Source: Somniosus microcephalus (taxonomy: Eukaryota). Taken from it: a stretch of DNA of 64,000 bases. Within the stretch, counting starts at the first letter, position 1. Each line of letters opens with the position of its first letter. The notes below the pieces were generated by a model. That model worked only from the letters and a program-made list of their open reading frames with translations. It was not told the DNA's origin and ran no database searches. This document shows, one piece after another, positions 62,201 through 64,000 of this stretch. A program made the position numbers and the translations under genes. The stretch spans positions 23,560,001 through 23,624,000 of the forward strand of contig CM126212.1 of the NCBI GenBank assembly GCA_052327205.1, given 5' to 3'.

Positions 62201-64000
62201 ATCATGGAAGACATTTCATGGGAGTCAGTCGGTTCATTGCATACCAGACGTCCATTTCATTGATGGGGCGAGGGCCATATTTCTCGCAGAATTTTAACAG
62301 CGGGCACGGGTTCGGCTGATGGGCGGGGTCTGAAATTGTATTTTTTTTCTCTCTCTCAAGACATTTGTTTTCTTGAAAAAAAAAGTCTTTTAAAATCCCG
62401 CTCTCGTTTTTCTCGAGGTCAGTAATTTGTAGAAGTGTGGCGGTTTTGAGGAACAAGTTAAAAACTGTTGTGTAGGTTTTATTTTCGGGAGCAGGGTGTC
62501 GTTTGGCTGTAAGCTATTACATACCCGCTGGTAAAATTCGCAGTCTGTGAAAACAAGTAGCATTCTCCTCGTCAGTCTATTCAAGCGCGTTTATATAACC
62601 AGAGAAATTAAAGACACCTTCATTTAGTTTGTGCTTGAATGATAATTCCTTTTTTTTAAAAAAAAACCCAGTCGCGTGGGAACAACTACAGACGTTGCTG
62701 CAAAGGAGGCAATCTGTCACCGCAATGAACGTTGTATTAAAACTGTAAAAATACGAAAATGGATGTGGTAAGACTTTCAAAGTTGAAAGGATATTTCAAA
62801 GAACCTCACGTCCTTGGTGTGCTGCTTAAGGTCTCCATGTGTCAATCACCGCAGCCTTTGATAATGTCTCTAACTATAATCTGCTGTGGAAGGGAATCTG
62901 TGAGGCTCTATAATAGGCATTCTAGCGAAAGGCTTTGAATGGGGATCTGCATTGGGGACACACACACACACATGCAGCGAGAGATGTCCTCCTGCTCAAT
63001 CAGTCCCGGATTCCGAATTTCAACAGCCACAACTTCCAGTGGTAACACTCGCCTTTTTAAAGTGCAACCATAATTTTTGTGACCAACCATTTTATCCTTT
63101 ATTTCTGAAAATGCGCTTTTCTGCTGAGTGAAAACCGAGTTCACGAAAGCAAAATCTACATGAACTTTGCACCAAGATACAACGCGATTGTGAATATGTG
63201 TGTGTGTGAGTGAGAGGGGAGGGGTGTGTCTGATTATATATCTATTCAGTAACCTTGGGTTGCAATCGATAATGTCTACTTTGCACCGTTTATATTTGCC
63301 ATGGTAAAGGTAATATTTTCTCCGTGTGTGTGTGTGCGCTCATTGATTCAGATCAGTTAATTTCCCCGGATATTTGCATTGCAAAGCTCGAGATCAGAGG
63401 TGCAATGTGGTAATAAATCTCACCGGACTGACCACAGTAAATTATGTCAGGGCGTTGCTTTTTTTTAAACCCATCTATTTGTCACCGTCTAGGCCCCATA
63501 CAATCGATCTGAATTAAAACAGGGACCGCGTGCTTGCATCCTTCAGCATATTCGGGAGAGGGAAAGAGCGAATTATAAATAGAATGTGCGTGCTCGGTTG
63601 CAAAGATAAATCTAACACGAACTCAACTTAATGCTGCTCCACATTAATCAACCAGCTGCTTGCCCCGTATTACTTGCAACGTGAAAACGCGCCGGCATCA
63701 ATCCAGGACACACAGCAAAAAACACACAGGCGACTTGACTGTTGCGAGGTTTGTCTTACACTTCTGGTAAACTTACTGCCGTTATGCTAAGTCGTGCGTT
63801 GCAAGATGACCACATCGTACAGCACGGTGCACGTTACTTTATGTTACACAGCGATACCAGCCTATCTCCAGCCCGCACAGCGACCGGAGAGAACTGGTTG
63901 AGGGTATCTGTAGATAAGGATGCTATTGTGCGGGTCCTTTCACATTCAACTACAGGGGGGAGGGGTTGACAAAACGAGGCGTGTTTTCAAGCCTTACTTC

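Noticed and set aside
1-64000. CRISPR arrays, operons or other prokaryotic or viral systems
   Set aside because: No regularly spaced repeat-spacer array, dense coding block or viral ORF. The sequence is typical vertebrate intronic and promoter DNA.

Overview
Vertebrate nuclear DNA, almost certainly from a shark or ray, judged from HE1/V-SINE, SacSINE1-like Deu-SINEs, CR1/L2 LINEs and Penelope-like elements. One host gene is visible, TNRC18, on the minus strand. It shows a CCAAT/TALE-motif promoter (~59150-59290), a probable non-coding exon 1 (donor at 58957) and the first coding exon (57174-56845; ATG 57043, 66 codons plus a phase-1 donor). I could not find the next coding exon, so 1-56844 is probably one very large intron; an 849-N assembly gap lies at 41337-42185. 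Positions 1-40 kb are crowded with nested SINEs, LINEs, Penelope pieces and MITEs, whereas ~52-64 kb is almost free of TEs and richer in CpG. Almost all ORFs in the track are TE-derived, low-complexity or spurious. I see no convincing new multi-gene system. The most interesting observations are: (i) two ~500-bp Penelope units with matching boundaries, each inside the same SINE family and each carrying a minimal hammerhead-ribozyme motif in the TNRC18 sense orientation, with covarying stem I and a U3-A8 core variant; (ii) two exactly phased PBX/PREP-decamer + CCAAT modules in the promoter; (iii) an inverted copy of nearby unique DNA captured inside a MITE; (iv) a MITE carrying two RFX-type palindromes; (v) uORFs in the TNRC18 leader. 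TE family names come from recalled consensus sequences, not a database search, and TE boundaries are approximate unless TSDs or TIRs are quoted.
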